Source: Tubiluchus corallicola
Lineage: Eukaryota; Animalia; Priapulida
DNA: 64,000 nucleotides
Assembly: GCA_030141605.1 (NCBI GenBank)
Contig: JAQGDQ010000053.1
Span: forward strand, 434,001-498,000
Direction: 5' to 3'
The position numbers and the translations under genes are program-made. The notes beneath the pieces were generated by a model, which was not told the DNA's origin, did no database searches, and was given only the letters and a program-made list of their open reading frames with translations. Shown in pieces: positions 32,534-45,689 of the stretch. Every line of letters begins with the position of its first letter. Position 1 is the first letter of the stretch.

Positions 32534-35300
32534 ATGCCTGTACCATTAACACTGTACAGGGCAGCTATTGGTGTACTTGACTTTGTGCCACATTTTCTTT
32601 ATGGATTTAGAACTAAGTCCCATCATATATGCAACACATGTTCACAGCCTAATGTATTAATAATGTCTATTTCAAATAATATTTTCCTTTTGGCAGTTTT
32701 GTCTATTATAATTATTCTGGCGATGGATATCCATTACAACCCCATGTAAACAAGTCCTTTAAACAAGTAATTTTCCTTTTTCCATGCTAATGTCAAAAAA
32801 TCTCGGACATATTAATCCTTGGTTATCAAGTCCCTTTCTATAAAGATCATAAGGCTTTTGAGGAGGGATAGCATTTTTACGTCTTGATTGATAAACCTTT
32901 CAAACCAAGAATGGATTTAGTCTTTAATAGGCTAACAGTTAAATAGTAATGCCTACGTCACAAGTAGAATGTAACCAAAGTGACAGAGCGGAGTGTTGGC
33001 ACAATTGAAGCCATAGTGCTTTTACACTAATTCTAGTTTCAAGCCAGGTGACAGGTCAATCAATTGGCATCTATTGTCCACAAAACATACTCTGATCTTG
33101 ATGCTGGGTATGATGCAGGGATAGTTTTTCTCAATGTGAAAATTTTTTTGGCAAGGTCTGGGCACAAAGGTCTCTTATTCAAATTATCCATTCTTATGGT
33201 TAGCTTCTTATCAATCTGGTCGTAGTCAACAAGTAGTCATGGAAAGTGTTTCATCAGATTCTTTGTCCCTGGCTATTGGGGTCTGTCATGGCTCTATTCT
33301 GGGCCCTTTTTTCCTTGTCTACATAAATAACATTACTCATAACATACAGTGTGACATAGGCCTGTTTGCCAATGATACTTCCATAATGATCCGGTAGATT
33401 CTGCATTGCTTCTAAATTCCAACCCAGAGATCTTGCAACACTGTGGTGACAGATGGTGTGTTACCTTTAATCCAGAGAAAACTGAAGTAATGCTCTTATC
33501 TTGTAAAATCCAGCGACGTCATCTATGCCACTTTATCTTAATAATACAGCACTAAAACATAACTCTCATAAACACCTAAGGATATATTTTAGGTGTGATC
33601 TAAAATGGGAACAACATGTAAATGAGATCATCGCATCAGTTCAACCAAAACTAAGAAACTTGCGAGGTTTAGCCACTAAATTGCTGCGTTCAACTTGTGA
33701 ATTCTTGTTCAAAACTATTATTTTACCCACTTTGGAATCCGGTAATATTGAACAGTCAGGCTGTAGTCGTAATGTTGAATCTCTACTTGACAAAGTTTAG
33801 TTGAGTGCTGTGCACACATGTACTGGTTCTATGTCAGGTTCCAAACATTCAAACCTTTTGTTCGACGTAGGATTGGACCGTTTCTCTAAGCGCTTCCAAT
33901 ATTTATTTACTTTTTACAAAATTATCAATCACTTAGTTCCCCGGTACCTGTTTAATTTTTTGCCACCTCGTGTAAGGGATATTACACTGTATCCAGTCTG
34001 TAACAATGAAGAGTTTACTAATTATACTTGCCATTCAACTGCTCTTGCTTATTATTTTTTTCTCGCATTGCTTAAGTGCTGGAATAATTTGCCTCTTGAT
34101 AATTCGAACTCTTTAAACAATTTTAAATCTTGATCAAAGAATCACATGGGTTTTAAAAAGCACATGCCCTACTTACTTCTCAAGTGGTAATCGATATTCA
34201 TCAATTCACCACGCTAGTATGAGAGTTAGCTTAATCACGATTTATACCTCAAAACATGCAAAAATTACGATTGGTCACTAGTTATCAATGTGGTTCCACT
34301 TATGAAACAGTTCGTCATTACTTAATTAGCTGCCTTCTTTACCACCAGGCAAGACATGATTTATTTACAAATCACTGCACTCTTTCGTCAGCTTTTAATA
34401 TCAATGTTTACAGTCTTGCAACAAACGGACCAGTATGTATGTTCATGCATGGTAACCATACCCTAGATAATTTTGTGAACAATCAAATTTTTGTATTAGT
34501 GCAGTTTTTCATTTCAAATACTAAGTACTTTAAATAGTGTTTACTATGTTTCTCTTCTGATGTAGTAAGGTTCATAACTATTGCAACATTTCTTGTACAT
34601 GGTGGCCACTATTGTCCTGTATCTGTCTCTAGCGTTTTGCTCCCACTAGGGATAAATAGGCTTGTAACGATACATCGTGATATCTTTTTTAACGATACAT
34701 GTATCGTCAACATGCACCACTATCGCGATAATGTGAATCATTGATATTTAGCACAAGGCAGACTGTCCGCTGATAAAAACAGCGTAAAATAATTCAAGCT
34801 ACAGCTGAAGCGTAACAATCAGTGCAGTGAGTGCAGCATATATAGGCAATTTGATCTTGACACAGGCAGACCTGCTGTTGGCAGCCAGCCAAAGTGAAGC
34901 GATTGAAAGCGCAATGTGTTTATAATAATGCATAATAGGCTAATTACATTTCTGGTGGCTTACAATGTAAATAATACAAGAGTATAAACAGAAATCAAAC
35001 AGTTTGCTGATTATTTTAGCACTTACCAATTTTTAAAATTTCATAAATTTTGAAAAATCTAATATATACATATCATATACCAACAGCTTAATATAGTTTT
35101 TTTATTAAAGCCTGCAAACGTTAACTCAATGTGCATCGTGATACGTATCGTATTGTGAGGTTAGTACCGCGATATGTATTGTATCGTGACTTAGAAGTAT
35201 CGTTACAGCTCCAGGGGAGAATATGTATCAGTTGTAAAACCGTCTGTTTCAGACCTAGTTTGTTGCTACATCTTTAATAAAATTATGTTTAAACCAAAAA
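32534..35300 (+). mobile_element. Decayed, internally deleted CR1-clade LINE ORF2 and 3' UTR
   Basis: N-terminus MPVPLTLYRAAIG..ILAMDIHYNP; short endonuclease remnant (FFHANV, GYQVPFYKD); RT motifs FKPGD.SINQL, HKGLLFKL, GV.HGSILGP, LFANDTS, FNPEKT, HKHL.I.F..DLKW.QHV, CWNNLP; C-terminal C..YETVRHYLISC. Ends AATAAAATTATGTTTAAAC at about 35276-35295. Lies antisense, upstream of the FSIP1 start. Confidence 0.85.
34657..35213. mobile_element. hAT-like MITE inserted in the CR1 3' UTR
   Basis: TIR core TGTAACGATAC / GTATCGTTACA with CGATAC subterminal repeats; eroded 8-bp TSD GGGATAAA/GGGGAGAA. Confidence 0.7.
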
Positions 35301-35999
35301 CTGTTGTGCTTGACAATAAAAGTTTCAGTGAATCTGGAAATTGTCACTTTTTCATGAGTGGCCCGCATGTGAAGGGCATAATATTGCATCCGTCGAATTT
35401 GCTGTGTTTGATTACTTTGGAATTGTATTTCGTTTTAATCATTTTTTTACAGGTGACCAGTCACCAATCTATTATTTGCTACCTAGTACACAATGTGACC
35501 GCATAGGCATTTTCTTCCCAGTTATCAGTGAGTTTCACAAAGTTACAGAATAATAATTAATTTTAGTATCAATAGCATTTTAATATTAGTACATTCAAAT
35601 CTATTTTGAGGAAAAGAAAAAAATGTGCTACAAAACCTGATACAAGGATTTTGCATAATGCCTAAACAGTATGGACTAAAAAGAATGTAAAAAAAAGCGA
35701 GGCAAAAATCTATAAGTGGGATTCGTACCTAAGTTTTAGATTCAAAATTGGCACTCTTACCAACCAAGTCATTTTGCTTGTCATACATCATCCTCATCTA
35801 TTAACAGCTATAGTGAAAGTACACAGTGTGACGATAGTCATAATACATTCTATGATAATGCATAACCCGATACATTCTATCGTCATGCACGTTGCACTAG
35901 AACCCAGTTTTAAGCTTGAATTTTAACCTCTGCTTAGCCTACAGTTAATCAGTCCATATTTGCTCTCATTTAGCTGTCTTTAGAAAAAAATTATATCAC

Positions 36000-36318
36000 C
36001 TTGTAGACAGCTCTTTCTCTTTCCAAAAAGCTTTAAAACTCCCTTAAACATCTTCATAACTCGTCAGAACTTTTTTCTTGACCATATTTTATGAACATTT
36101 CAACACTGAAATCGGACCTCCTTATCTATAAGCTGTGATCTTGAGGTCCTGCTTCCATCACAATCGGTGAAACTTATAGTTACTATTCGATTCGTCTCAA
36201 GATTGCAAGCATTGGTGTCTGCGATCCCTCGATTTTGGTTTTTGCCACTACCAGAAAATTTTCCCAAGCACAAATGGCTCATAGCCATATCCAGCCATGC
36301 ACAACAGCTTTACCCCAC
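36000..36318 (-). other. Possible 5' UTR exon of FSIP1
   Basis: Acceptor TTTTTGTTAG|G at 36318 and donor CAAG|GTGATA at 36000. The FSIP1 ATG exon has its own acceptor at 31794, so an upstream exon must exist. A CpG-rich patch at about 36800-37000 could be the promoter. Confidence 0.3.
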
Positions 36319-37544
36319 CTAACAAAAACTGTGTCCCTAGCTCATAAACAGTAGGAGAATATCCAGCCTAACAAAAAAAAAACAACGAACCCCACCCACT
36401 CCGTAACCTTTGACCCAGGGGTGAACAATGAACACAATCATGAATCTGGGGAGTGTGTCTTGTGAGTTTCGTGACCCTAGCCCTGTCCGCGAGTTATTAA
36501 AGAAACAAAAAGGCACAAAAAATAAATAATAAATAAATAAATAACAATAAAAAACGCACGTAAACAAAGAAGATACTGCTATAAAACAGAATCTTAATAA
36601 ACAAACTCAAATTTCCTTCAACTATGTTTCGTCCAAACATAATAAGTCACAAAAAATATCGGTATTTCAGACACCTACTTCAAGCATCCTACACAATTTG
36701 CTATTGTAGGTTATGAATCAGTCTACTGAAGTTAAAGGAAAAGTTAATCACACTAATCTATAATTTATCCGATCTAAATACATTATAATACATCAGATAT
36801 CAAATTTCGCCTCGCTTCTCGAACAAAAAGCGTCATTAACAACAGTTTCAGTTAGACTCAGTAGTTGATTGGTTAATTCAAAGTTCAATATGTTTTCAAT
36901 AGTATCTTTTTTCATATCCAGCAGGACTATCGCCAGCAGAGTTTCGCGCTACGTCAAATCACAATTGCACAATAATTTATGGTCGCGTCACATAAAAAAA
37001 ATGCCAGCCAGCAATCCTAAAATAATTTCGACGTGTTGTATTGATGCAGAGTACGTATTCATCCAGAATCAAGATCAATCACTTGTAAAAAAATTGAAGT
37101 ACGAAATGCCCTCGAAACTTACGTTGGTAGTCGATTTCCATACACTTTAACATGTCATGATTATATTAATTTATTTTAATAATTTCGATTATTCTAGTGT
37201 TTTCAGTAATTATGTTAATCTGAAAAGTACTAATCTGTGGTTACGCCAAGCAACTTCAGTTAATATTACATGCCAACATAATAATATTGTATTATTATTA
37301 TTATAATAGTATGAGGATTATTATTATACAGTTTGCCTAGTGATAGCCAGAGTTTGTCAAGTAAACTCAACAGCCGACTAATCATAAGGCTTATCTGCTT
37401 TATGTGAAGATTTGCAAAAAATTGTGCACTGTACAGTCAAATCTACAAATTATACTTTTACAACAATGTTTCTGTGTGACAATTAACAGCAAGATAATTA
37501 TTGTTTGTATTTATTCGGTGAGATATATATATATTATACAGCTG

Positions 37545-37870
37545 TATATAAAATTCTAACCAATGAACCTACAGTTCTGAGGATGGCAGCATTTTCGGCG
37601 ATGTATAAATGAAACGAAAGGTTTCAACCGCGGATTCCCACCCGGTGGTTTATTTTTCGAGACGGGCCCACCGGGGTGAAGTGGGGGGGGGGGGGGCGAA
37701 AAACCACAAAATGCCTTTTTTTGCAATACTTATACGTCTTATTTCTAAAGAAGTGGAACTTGTCGGGGGCGATGCTGGTAATGGTTAAATAGCCCGTTTA
37801 ACAGTTCTACAGTGTTATAGGCATATTTAGAATTCGCGGGAGCGCCACGGCCCCCGTGGATACACACGAT
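37545..37870 (+). mobile_element. Truncated copy of the GC-rich Helitron-like repeat at 58128
   Basis: Collinear blocks shared with 58170-58480: AAACGAAAGGT, TGGTTTATTTTTCGA.CGGGCCCA, GGCGAAAAACC, ATAGCCCGTT, TAGGCATATTTAGAATTC. Confidence 0.7.
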
Positions 37871-38695
37871 CCTCTTCAACAAAACGGTGAGCAAACTGAC
37901 ATCAGTAAAAAGTGCCAGGTTGCAAGATCAAAAAAAAGCATTCTGTTCACCTTGCACACATAAATTTCAAGCCCCAGTCTTGCACGCTGTTTGGAACAGC
38001 CATTGCCTTTGAGCTTGAGAAATTTTGCGGCTGTTCCAAGCATTGTCATCACCGGTCATTCTACACTGTTACGGAGTGTACGTATCAGTAAGTTCTGCTA
38101 ACGTATTATTATCTGAGAAGCAGTACACAAAAACTGTCTAGAATGCCCATGATCATTGCTGGATGTGTCTGACAGCGCTACAGCACACAGTTTCAACTTG
38201 TTGGAAGCAGAGCAGGACACTACTCGAAGTACGACAATTGGTGTACAGGGCTAGCCCAAGTAGGACACTAGAGACAGGTCACGAATTGAGTCGTTAACTG
38301 TACTGGCAGTTGTCCTTGTTTATTTAATATTTAATCTCTGAGTGCACTCACCCTTCATTTACTTACTTAAGTAACTTGGTATGCTCTATATGTAAACTTT
38401 ATGCTCCATTCATCACTCCTAAAATTTTCGTCAAGATATTTGCGCATATAATTAATTACAATAGCAACATTACTTACAGAGTGGTTGACTTTGGTAACTT
38501 TTTTTCACCACCATTTCACCAATCACTTGAATATCATTAACTCTCATAATTTATTCATTTTATAATTTTGTCACTTTGTATCATATTATCTTTTCATGCT
38601 CTGTTTTTCCTGTAAAAAAGATGATTAATAAAGATACATGTACTTACTTACTTACTAATAAAACAATTGAAAACGTCAGTACACGTTGAATAATT

Positions 38696-38697
<2 letters not shown>

Positions 38698-38743
<46 letters not shown>
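38698..38743. repeat. (TA)n microsatellite
   Basis: Pure TA run. Confidence 0.95.
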
Positions 38744-38746
<3 letters not shown>

Positions 38747-39275
38747 AAAATAAAAGAATCATATTCTGAGCTAGTAAAACGGCCAATATTAAATTTGGCT
38801 GCAATCTTTTTAAACTGAAATAAATCCGCTTTTTAGGCGATTCCAACATTTGTTTAGGGTATATTTATAACCTTGAAATGTTTAAATTCATGTAAAAATT
38901 CAAAAATAATCTTCTGTCCGAACTCTTTAAAAACTTTTTTACTTATACCCACACTTATGTCTACACTTATTACACAAGGTCTGCCAGCAAAGGAAATTTT
39001 TTTCAAAAACGATCTTATGGCTTAAATAGTATACAACATAATGGTTCAAAACTCAAGAATAATTTACCCTCTGACCTAAAGTCGTGCACAGTTTTGACTG
39101 CACGTGTGGTCATCTTTTTCTTGTCTTTATATTTTTTGTGCTTTTTTTACTTAACGATTTTAATCGTCGAAATCCACACCCCTAAAAATTCTGGAAATGA
39201 TTGCTAGTATCTATATACTGATATTAATCAAAATTAATCTATATATCTCAGTCACCAAAAAAATATGATATTTTC

Positions 39276-39575
39276 TGTTGTGTTTTGTTTCTCTCGTAGA
39301 GAAAACCAGAAAACACGTCGTCAAATTAAACTAGTTTATTATGCAAGAATTCTACAACACAAAAGTATGAAGGAACGTGAAATGTTTACAGTGAATGTGA
39401 TAATCTGGAAACGTGAAAGCGTATCTGAGAATACGAAGATACAAGAGAATAAACTCGAGCGGCCAGCTCCGCCTTATATATCAGTGCAAATCAACCATCT
39501 AGAAAGTTCTCGAATCTTCTACAAGGTAAGAAGATTGTTCTGCTATACTACAGAATATTCCAGATCTCCACGACA
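39276..39575 (-). repeat. 3' LTR
   Basis: Direct repeat of 44097-44409; adjacent to the PPT. Confidence 0.95.
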
Positions 39576-39589
39576 CCTCCCCACCGAAA

Positions 39590-42500
39590 CTGATGCTACC
39601 TCTAAAGCATCAGTAACAAAGTCCCTCTTTTGGCTTGGGTGTTCTCTTGGATCGTCTTGGGTTGTCCGGTCCATACTCTGGCACAGGCGGCTTGGTCTCG
39701 GACATGGGCTGAGGTGCTCTGGTCTGCCTCAGAGTTTCTGGCAATTCTTCCAGGATCTCCATTGGATGATCAGGTGGAAGCTCAGAAGTTAAAACAATAC
39801 TTTAAACAAACAGTAGTGTTACAAACAAAGCTTATTACTGAATATCAGCAACAATAATAGGCTTAAACATTTACTTTAACAATTAAAATATACTAAAACC
39901 AAATTAAGTTTTAGTACTTCTAAATTTAATCTTTTTGTATGTACTCTTGTAATGTTAATGTGCAAATTGGAGAGGGATGCCATTTTAATTTAAGTAATGC
40001 CCAAAAATGACTCATGCTGGCTAGCGGTACGCAAAAACCGAAACATCAAATGGTTGAAGGCATCCAAGAATGTTGAAGCAGCGAGTACCCAGAGACTTCT
40101 TGATGACCGCTGGTACCCATCGGGGATGTCAGTCTCGACCAGGTCCATAGTACAGTGCATAGACAGACTCGCCAGCCTTGTACTGCTTGGTGACTTTGGC
40201 GACACCGCCCGAGTCTGGAGTTGAGCGAGCTGACTCCTTGGACTGCTTGCCCTGAGCGGTGTGTGCTGACGAGGGTAGCAGGGAGTCGATCTTTGTCCGT
40301 ATCTGCCGAGACCTCAAGAGTTCACTCTGAGAGAATCCACAGGATGTAGCTGTTCTCCGGTACTCCATCAGGAACTCTTGAAGAGCTCACTTCGGGGGCA
40401 GAGAAGACTTCCTGAGTGCTTGCTTGAATGTCTGCACCAGACGTTCTGTTGCTCCCGTTGGTAGCTGGATAGTATGGTGCTCCTGTGAGATGTGTGATCC
40501 CACGTTCTCTGCACCAGCTCTGGAATTCTTTAGACATGGAGATTGATGCATTGTCTGTGACCAGCGTGTAAGGTAATGCAAAGTGAGTGAAGTCCTCTTC
40601 CAGCAGATCTAGAGTGGCTCTAGTGGACGTGGAAGACGTAGGGTGAATGCATGGATCTTTGAATAAGCATCCGTGATCACCAGCCAGTTCGTACCCATGA
40701 AGTTAAGGCATGATCCAAGTGTAAGCGGCTCCATGGCTTTTCTGGTAACATCCATGGATGAAATGCAGGCTTAGATGGCTTGTTTTGATGTTCTCCTCAC
40801 GAGTCACCTCGTCGGCTAGCCATCTCGATACCGGGCCTGTAGACAGCAATTCTTGCCAACGTTGTATGTGTTCCATGCCGAAGTGCCCAATATGCAGTAG
40901 ATCCAGGATACTGGACTGCAGGCTTTGTGGTATCATAACTCTTGATTGATGGATGAGGCATCCGTGGCAGATACTGAGTGAATCCGACAACTTCCAGAAC
41001 TTTTCGACTTCTTCGTTGATCTCAGTGTGCTTGGGTGGCCATCCTTCTCGGATGTAGCATATGACTGTAGCTAGCACTGGATCTTTCCCTGACTCTTGTT
41101 GGAAGATGTTGGCATCCACAGGCTTGACTTGAAAACTTAGAACTTTGATGGCACATACCATGTCCATGTCTTCACCATTTTCCTCCCTGTCGAAGTCGTT
41201 GTCATCTACAGATGGCAAGCGACTAAGGGCATCTGCATTGCCCTGATCTGCTGTTTTCCGGTACTTGATGGTGTAGTCAAATTGGTTCAGCCACAGGGCT
41301 CACTGAGCTAGACGATTAGCTGCAAGAAGTGGCGTCCCTTTCTTTGGTCCGAAGAGTGATGTCAGTGGCTTATGATCAGTCACCAGTATGAAATGACGAC
41401 CGTAGAGGTTTTGGTAGAATTTCCGCGAGTCGAAGATAATGGCTAGGGCTTCCTTATGTATTTGGCTGTAGTTCCTTTCTGCAGCCGTGAGAGTCTCTGA
41501 CACATTGGCAATTGGGCGCTTGCTTTCATCTGGATAGCGATGAAACAGGACAGCTCCAATTCCAATTCATGTCACAAGCCAATCCCAGAGGCTTGTCTGG
41601 GTCGAAATGCACAAGGACTTGATCTGAGGATAGCACATTTTTCAACAGTTCAGATGCTGTTTGCTCCTCATCTCCCCACTTCCAGGGGACTGTCTTCTTG
41701 GTCAAGCGGTAAAGAGGCTCTGCCATAGTAGCCAGGTTTGTGATGAACTTCCCGTAGAACTGAACCGAGCCCAAGAAAGACTTTAAGCTTGAGATGTCTG
41801 TGGGAGGTGACATCTTCATGACTGCCTCAACCTTGTGTCCTTTTGCGACTCCTTCAGCCGATATTGTGTATCCAATATATTCCACACTTGGTTGTGCGAA
41901 CAAGCATTTTTCGAGACGACATCTGAGTCCTTTGTCATTCAGACGAGTAAACAAGCATTTCAGGTTGCTCAGGTGATCATTGGTGTCTTACCCGCAGATG
42001 AGTATATCGTCTTGGAAGGCCGCAACTCCAGACAGATCACTGATTAGGTTCTCCATGATCTCCTGAAAGTAACCAGGCGCTGACTTGATTCCGAAAGGGA
42101 GTCGTTGCTGCAGGAGTACCCCACAGTGGGTGCGGAGAACTAGTCTGCATTGACTCTCAGGTGCCAGCTTAATCTGGTTGCAAGCATCAGCAAGGTCGAT
42201 CGTCAAGTAGCTGTATCCGCCTCCCAGCTTCTGCATCAGTTCCTCTGGGAGTGGCATCGGATGACGGTGGTCCTCTAGCTGATCATTGATGCCGACTGAG
42301 TAGTCACCACAGATCCACAACTTGGGCTTCTGAGTGCCCGGAGTGTAAGCTTTACGAATTGGTACCACTGGCGTTCCGTATTTGTTGATCTGGACTGGCT
42401 TCCAGACACTTTTGGCGATGCTTTCTTCGTAACCTTTGGCCAGGTCATCACGAAGAGCGAATGGAACCGGTCGTGCCTTGTGAAAAACCGGCTTCGCGTC

Positions 42501-44040
42501 AGATTTGAACTTCACTTCCAGCTCGAAGTCCTTAAGACACCCGAATTCTTCTTTGAAGAGATATGGGAACTCGTCACACTGGTTGTGGCAATCTCGTTGC
42601 AGGGAAGCATAAGACATGTCAGAGATCTTTGGACACTTTTTAACACCCTTGCTTTTGTCGTGACTCTCTATGCTTCTCAGTCCTAGAGCATTGTCCACAG
42701 AAATTACCAGAAACTGGGTAGCATTTTGTCCCAGCAGGTTCAGGTCAAGGATCTTGGTGACAATGTAGGGGATTGAGCTTTGTTTTCCAGTCTTTGGATC
42801 CTTGGTGTGGCCCATGAAAATTCCCAGCACTGGCAGATTGTGCTTGCTGGCAGACTCCTAATGATGTCTGATATCGTCCAACTTTGGCTTTCCTAGTTGT
42901 TTCTAGACCGGCACTGAAACGAAATTTCCCGTGGTTGCAGTGTCAAGTTCCATCTTGAACTGTCTGTCTTTGATGTTGACTTCGACATCCACACCAGGAG
43001 AGTCTTCAGGAATTTCACCGAGGATCGCCTTGACAAGCTCATCTTTCATGATTCTCCTCACGGACTTCCCAGATCTAAGGTCCTGTTGCTGTTGTTGGTT
43101 CTTCCTGCAAACAGCCTCCAAATGTCCTTTCTTGTCACAGAAATGGCACTTGGCATCTTTGTAGGGACAGTCAGTCACTTTGTTGGCCTTTCCACAACGG
43201 TAGCACTTTGTATCCATGTTTGTGGAGTTTGATGGCAGATGGTTCCTTCGTTGACCCTGTTTCTGGTTCAGCTTGACTTTGTTGACGGGCCTGGTCTTGG
43301 AACCGTAGATAATTTCCTTCGCAACCTTTGCCACGTCTTCAGTCTCGATGGCGACTTGGCCAGGAACAGCGAAAGTCAGATTTTCATCCTTGATCTTGAA
43401 GACAGCCTTCAAGACAGCTTCGTTGTTGACAGAGCATATGAATCTCTGCCTCAGAGTTTCATCTTGTGGGTTTTGGATTGAAGAAAAGTCACAGGTAGCA
43501 GTGCCTTTGCGTATGCAGGCTGCTAACTCCTTGAGTTTTGCCTGACTTCCGTTGCATGTCACTCCAGAATTTGAAATGTTCACGCACAAAGAAGAGTTTC
43601 GGGTCAAACTGTTCCTTCGTAAAGTCGACAATCTCGTCTATCGTCAGTTCGTTGATATCCTTGGATGGAGACTGATGAGTCGCTAGATTCGCCAGTTGTT
43701 TGTAGATGGCAGCAGTCTGATTTGTCAGGAAAACTAGAGCCTTGCGTTGGTCAGGCACTGCGTTTGCTGCCACGAAGGTACAAAATCTTGACCAGTAGTC
43801 AGGCCACAGTTCAGAAGTTGGGTCAAAAGCAGCAAATGGTGGAATAGCCGCTGTAAGTGCCGATGCAGGTGGAAAACGAGCACTTGAACTGGCATCATCT
43901 TCAGGAGTTCGAGCCTGAAGCAGCCTCCTCATAGAGTCCATCTGCCGATCTATCTGTTCCCTCTGGAGATCCATTTGTTCCTTATGCTGCTGTGTGAGGA
44001 ACTTGATAAGCTCACCCATCTGCTGCTCTGCCATCATTGC
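39590..44040 (-). pseudogene. Frameshifted gag-pol of the Gypsy element
   Basis: Gag (43489-44052, 42903-43631) with two CCHC-type knuckles; protease LDTA; RT LWICGDY, IDLADA, RLPFG, FQDD; RNase H LACD, NYSQIHKEALA, TDHKPL; integrase LHIGHFG and GAPYYPATNG. Broken into at least 8 ORFs. Confidence 0.92.
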
Positions 44041-44096
44041 TAGGATAAACAACTGTCCACTTAGTCACCAAGGATCCTGTCGACTGCACCAAAATT

Positions 44097-44409
44097 TGTT
44101 GTGTTTTATTTCTCTCGGAAGGCTCGTAGAGAAAACCAGAAAACACATCGTCAAACTAAACTAGTTTATTATGCGAGAATTCTACAACACAAAAGTATGA
44201 CTGAACGCGAAATGTTTACAGTGAATGTGATGATCTGGAAACGTGAAAGCTATTCTGAGAATACGAAGATACAAGAGAATAAACTCGAGCGGCCAGCTCC
44301 ACCTTATATATCAGTGCAAATCAACCATCTAGAAAGCACTACACGCATTGCGTATAGAAAGTTCTCGAATCTTCTACTATACTATAGAATATTCCAGATC
44401 TCCACAACA
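44097..44409 (-). repeat. 5' LTR
   Basis: Direct repeat of 39276-39575; followed on the minus strand by the PBS. Confidence 0.95.
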
Positions 44410-45689
44410 TTTTCTAATTGTTCACGATAATATTTCCTCATGACAAATTTGTCTTTTTATACCTTAAGATCAAACATATGTAACTGTTTTTTACTCTTCT
44501 CTATTCAAGGCAATTCACATGTTTCTTGTTTTACAAATTAGTATAATTATTTTATTTTCTGTTTGTAATTTAGGCTTCTATATTATCTAAAATTTGATTG
44601 AAGGAGTTACTGAGAAAACAAACTAAAATTAAAAAAACTGTTATATTGTACTCGTAAAAAATAACTTTATTATTGTCTATAATACTGATTAAAATTATTT
44701 ATTTCACTTTATATAGGGGGAGTAAAAGACCGTATGGTCGTTCCCTTTCCCCACACTATTTAAATATTTATTCCTCAACTGACTACAATCTGTATAATAT
44801 TATCTTGATTATGTGTGAAATAAAAGTTTTTACGTTTTATGTACATCATTTTTTATTTTGTCTCGCTTCACAGACGGGTGAATCTGTTTCACTATCTCTT
44901 CGGCAAATAATTGTTTTCTACTAAGTAAACGGGTTAGCAAGCTGTGCCCAACAGTTTCTCTCTTTAAAGCTTTAGATACTTAGTTTAATGTTATGATTAT
45001 ACTAATGGAGCTAATTATAGTGATATTATTGTAAAAACTACATTTGTAAATTGTGAAGGTATGGTATTGATGGTGTGGTGTATATAATCATTTGTTATAG
45101 CTTGATAAGGATTTGAGTTACAAAGTAATTCTGTCTTTTTGCAGCATGGTATTGTTTCACCATTTTGTAAATTCTTATCTTAAACGTTGTGATTTCATTT
45201 ACCTATACATATTGCTTCTTCAATTGCATAATTTTAGGAAAAAAATCATTAAATTGGGAATACATATGCATTTACTAAAAACTCAAAGCTTTCTTAATAC
45301 TCTCAGAGAAGTATTAAACTAATCATTGAAAAAATTATGAAATACGTTAAACCCAAATAATAAAGATTAATGGAAAGTTTAAGTTTTATGTCTGAATTAG
45401 TTATGCCAAAGTGCAGTTCAATTTATTTTTGCGATACAACTGAATATAACTAACTCGCATTAACTTGCTGGATCCACATAAGGTTATTCTATACATACAT
45501 TGATTCTGTTATACCCTTATGCTATATGCCATTTACTAATGCCAATTGAGGTCATAAGTTTTTTGGATTTACCTTTCAGTATTTGTTTGTGTAGGTAATT
45601 GCTTCACAGATAATCGAAAGTAATAAACATAATAAATGCCATATTTCTTCACTTCAGGTATCGAATTAAAAATAAATTTAAAATGACTG

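Larger units (their letters stand above)
39276..44409 (-). mobile_element. Full-length decayed Ty3/Gypsy LTR retrotransposon (Mag/K02A2.6-like)
   Basis: TG..CA LTRs at 39276-39575 and 44097-44409; 5-bp TSD TTTTC; PBS TGGTGCAGTCGACAGGAT (tRNA-Ser-like) at about 44074-44091; PPT GGTGGGGAGG at about 39576-39585; order gag-PR-RT-RH-IN. Confidence 0.97.
38248..45060 (+). mobile_element. Second, fragmented copy of the 7134-8066 MITE, split by nested insertions
   Basis: 38248-38306, 38655-38863 and 44849-45060 align in order to about 7184-7260, 7290-7463 and 7465-7855. Confidence 0.75.

Noticed and set aside
35715-35777. Functional tRNA gene
   Set aside because: A and B boxes are degenerate and no complete cloverleaf can be formed.
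39265-39792. Duplicated ORF pair (with 44101-44430) as paralogous genes
   Set aside because: Antisense frames through the two LTRs; the similarity is simply LTR identity.
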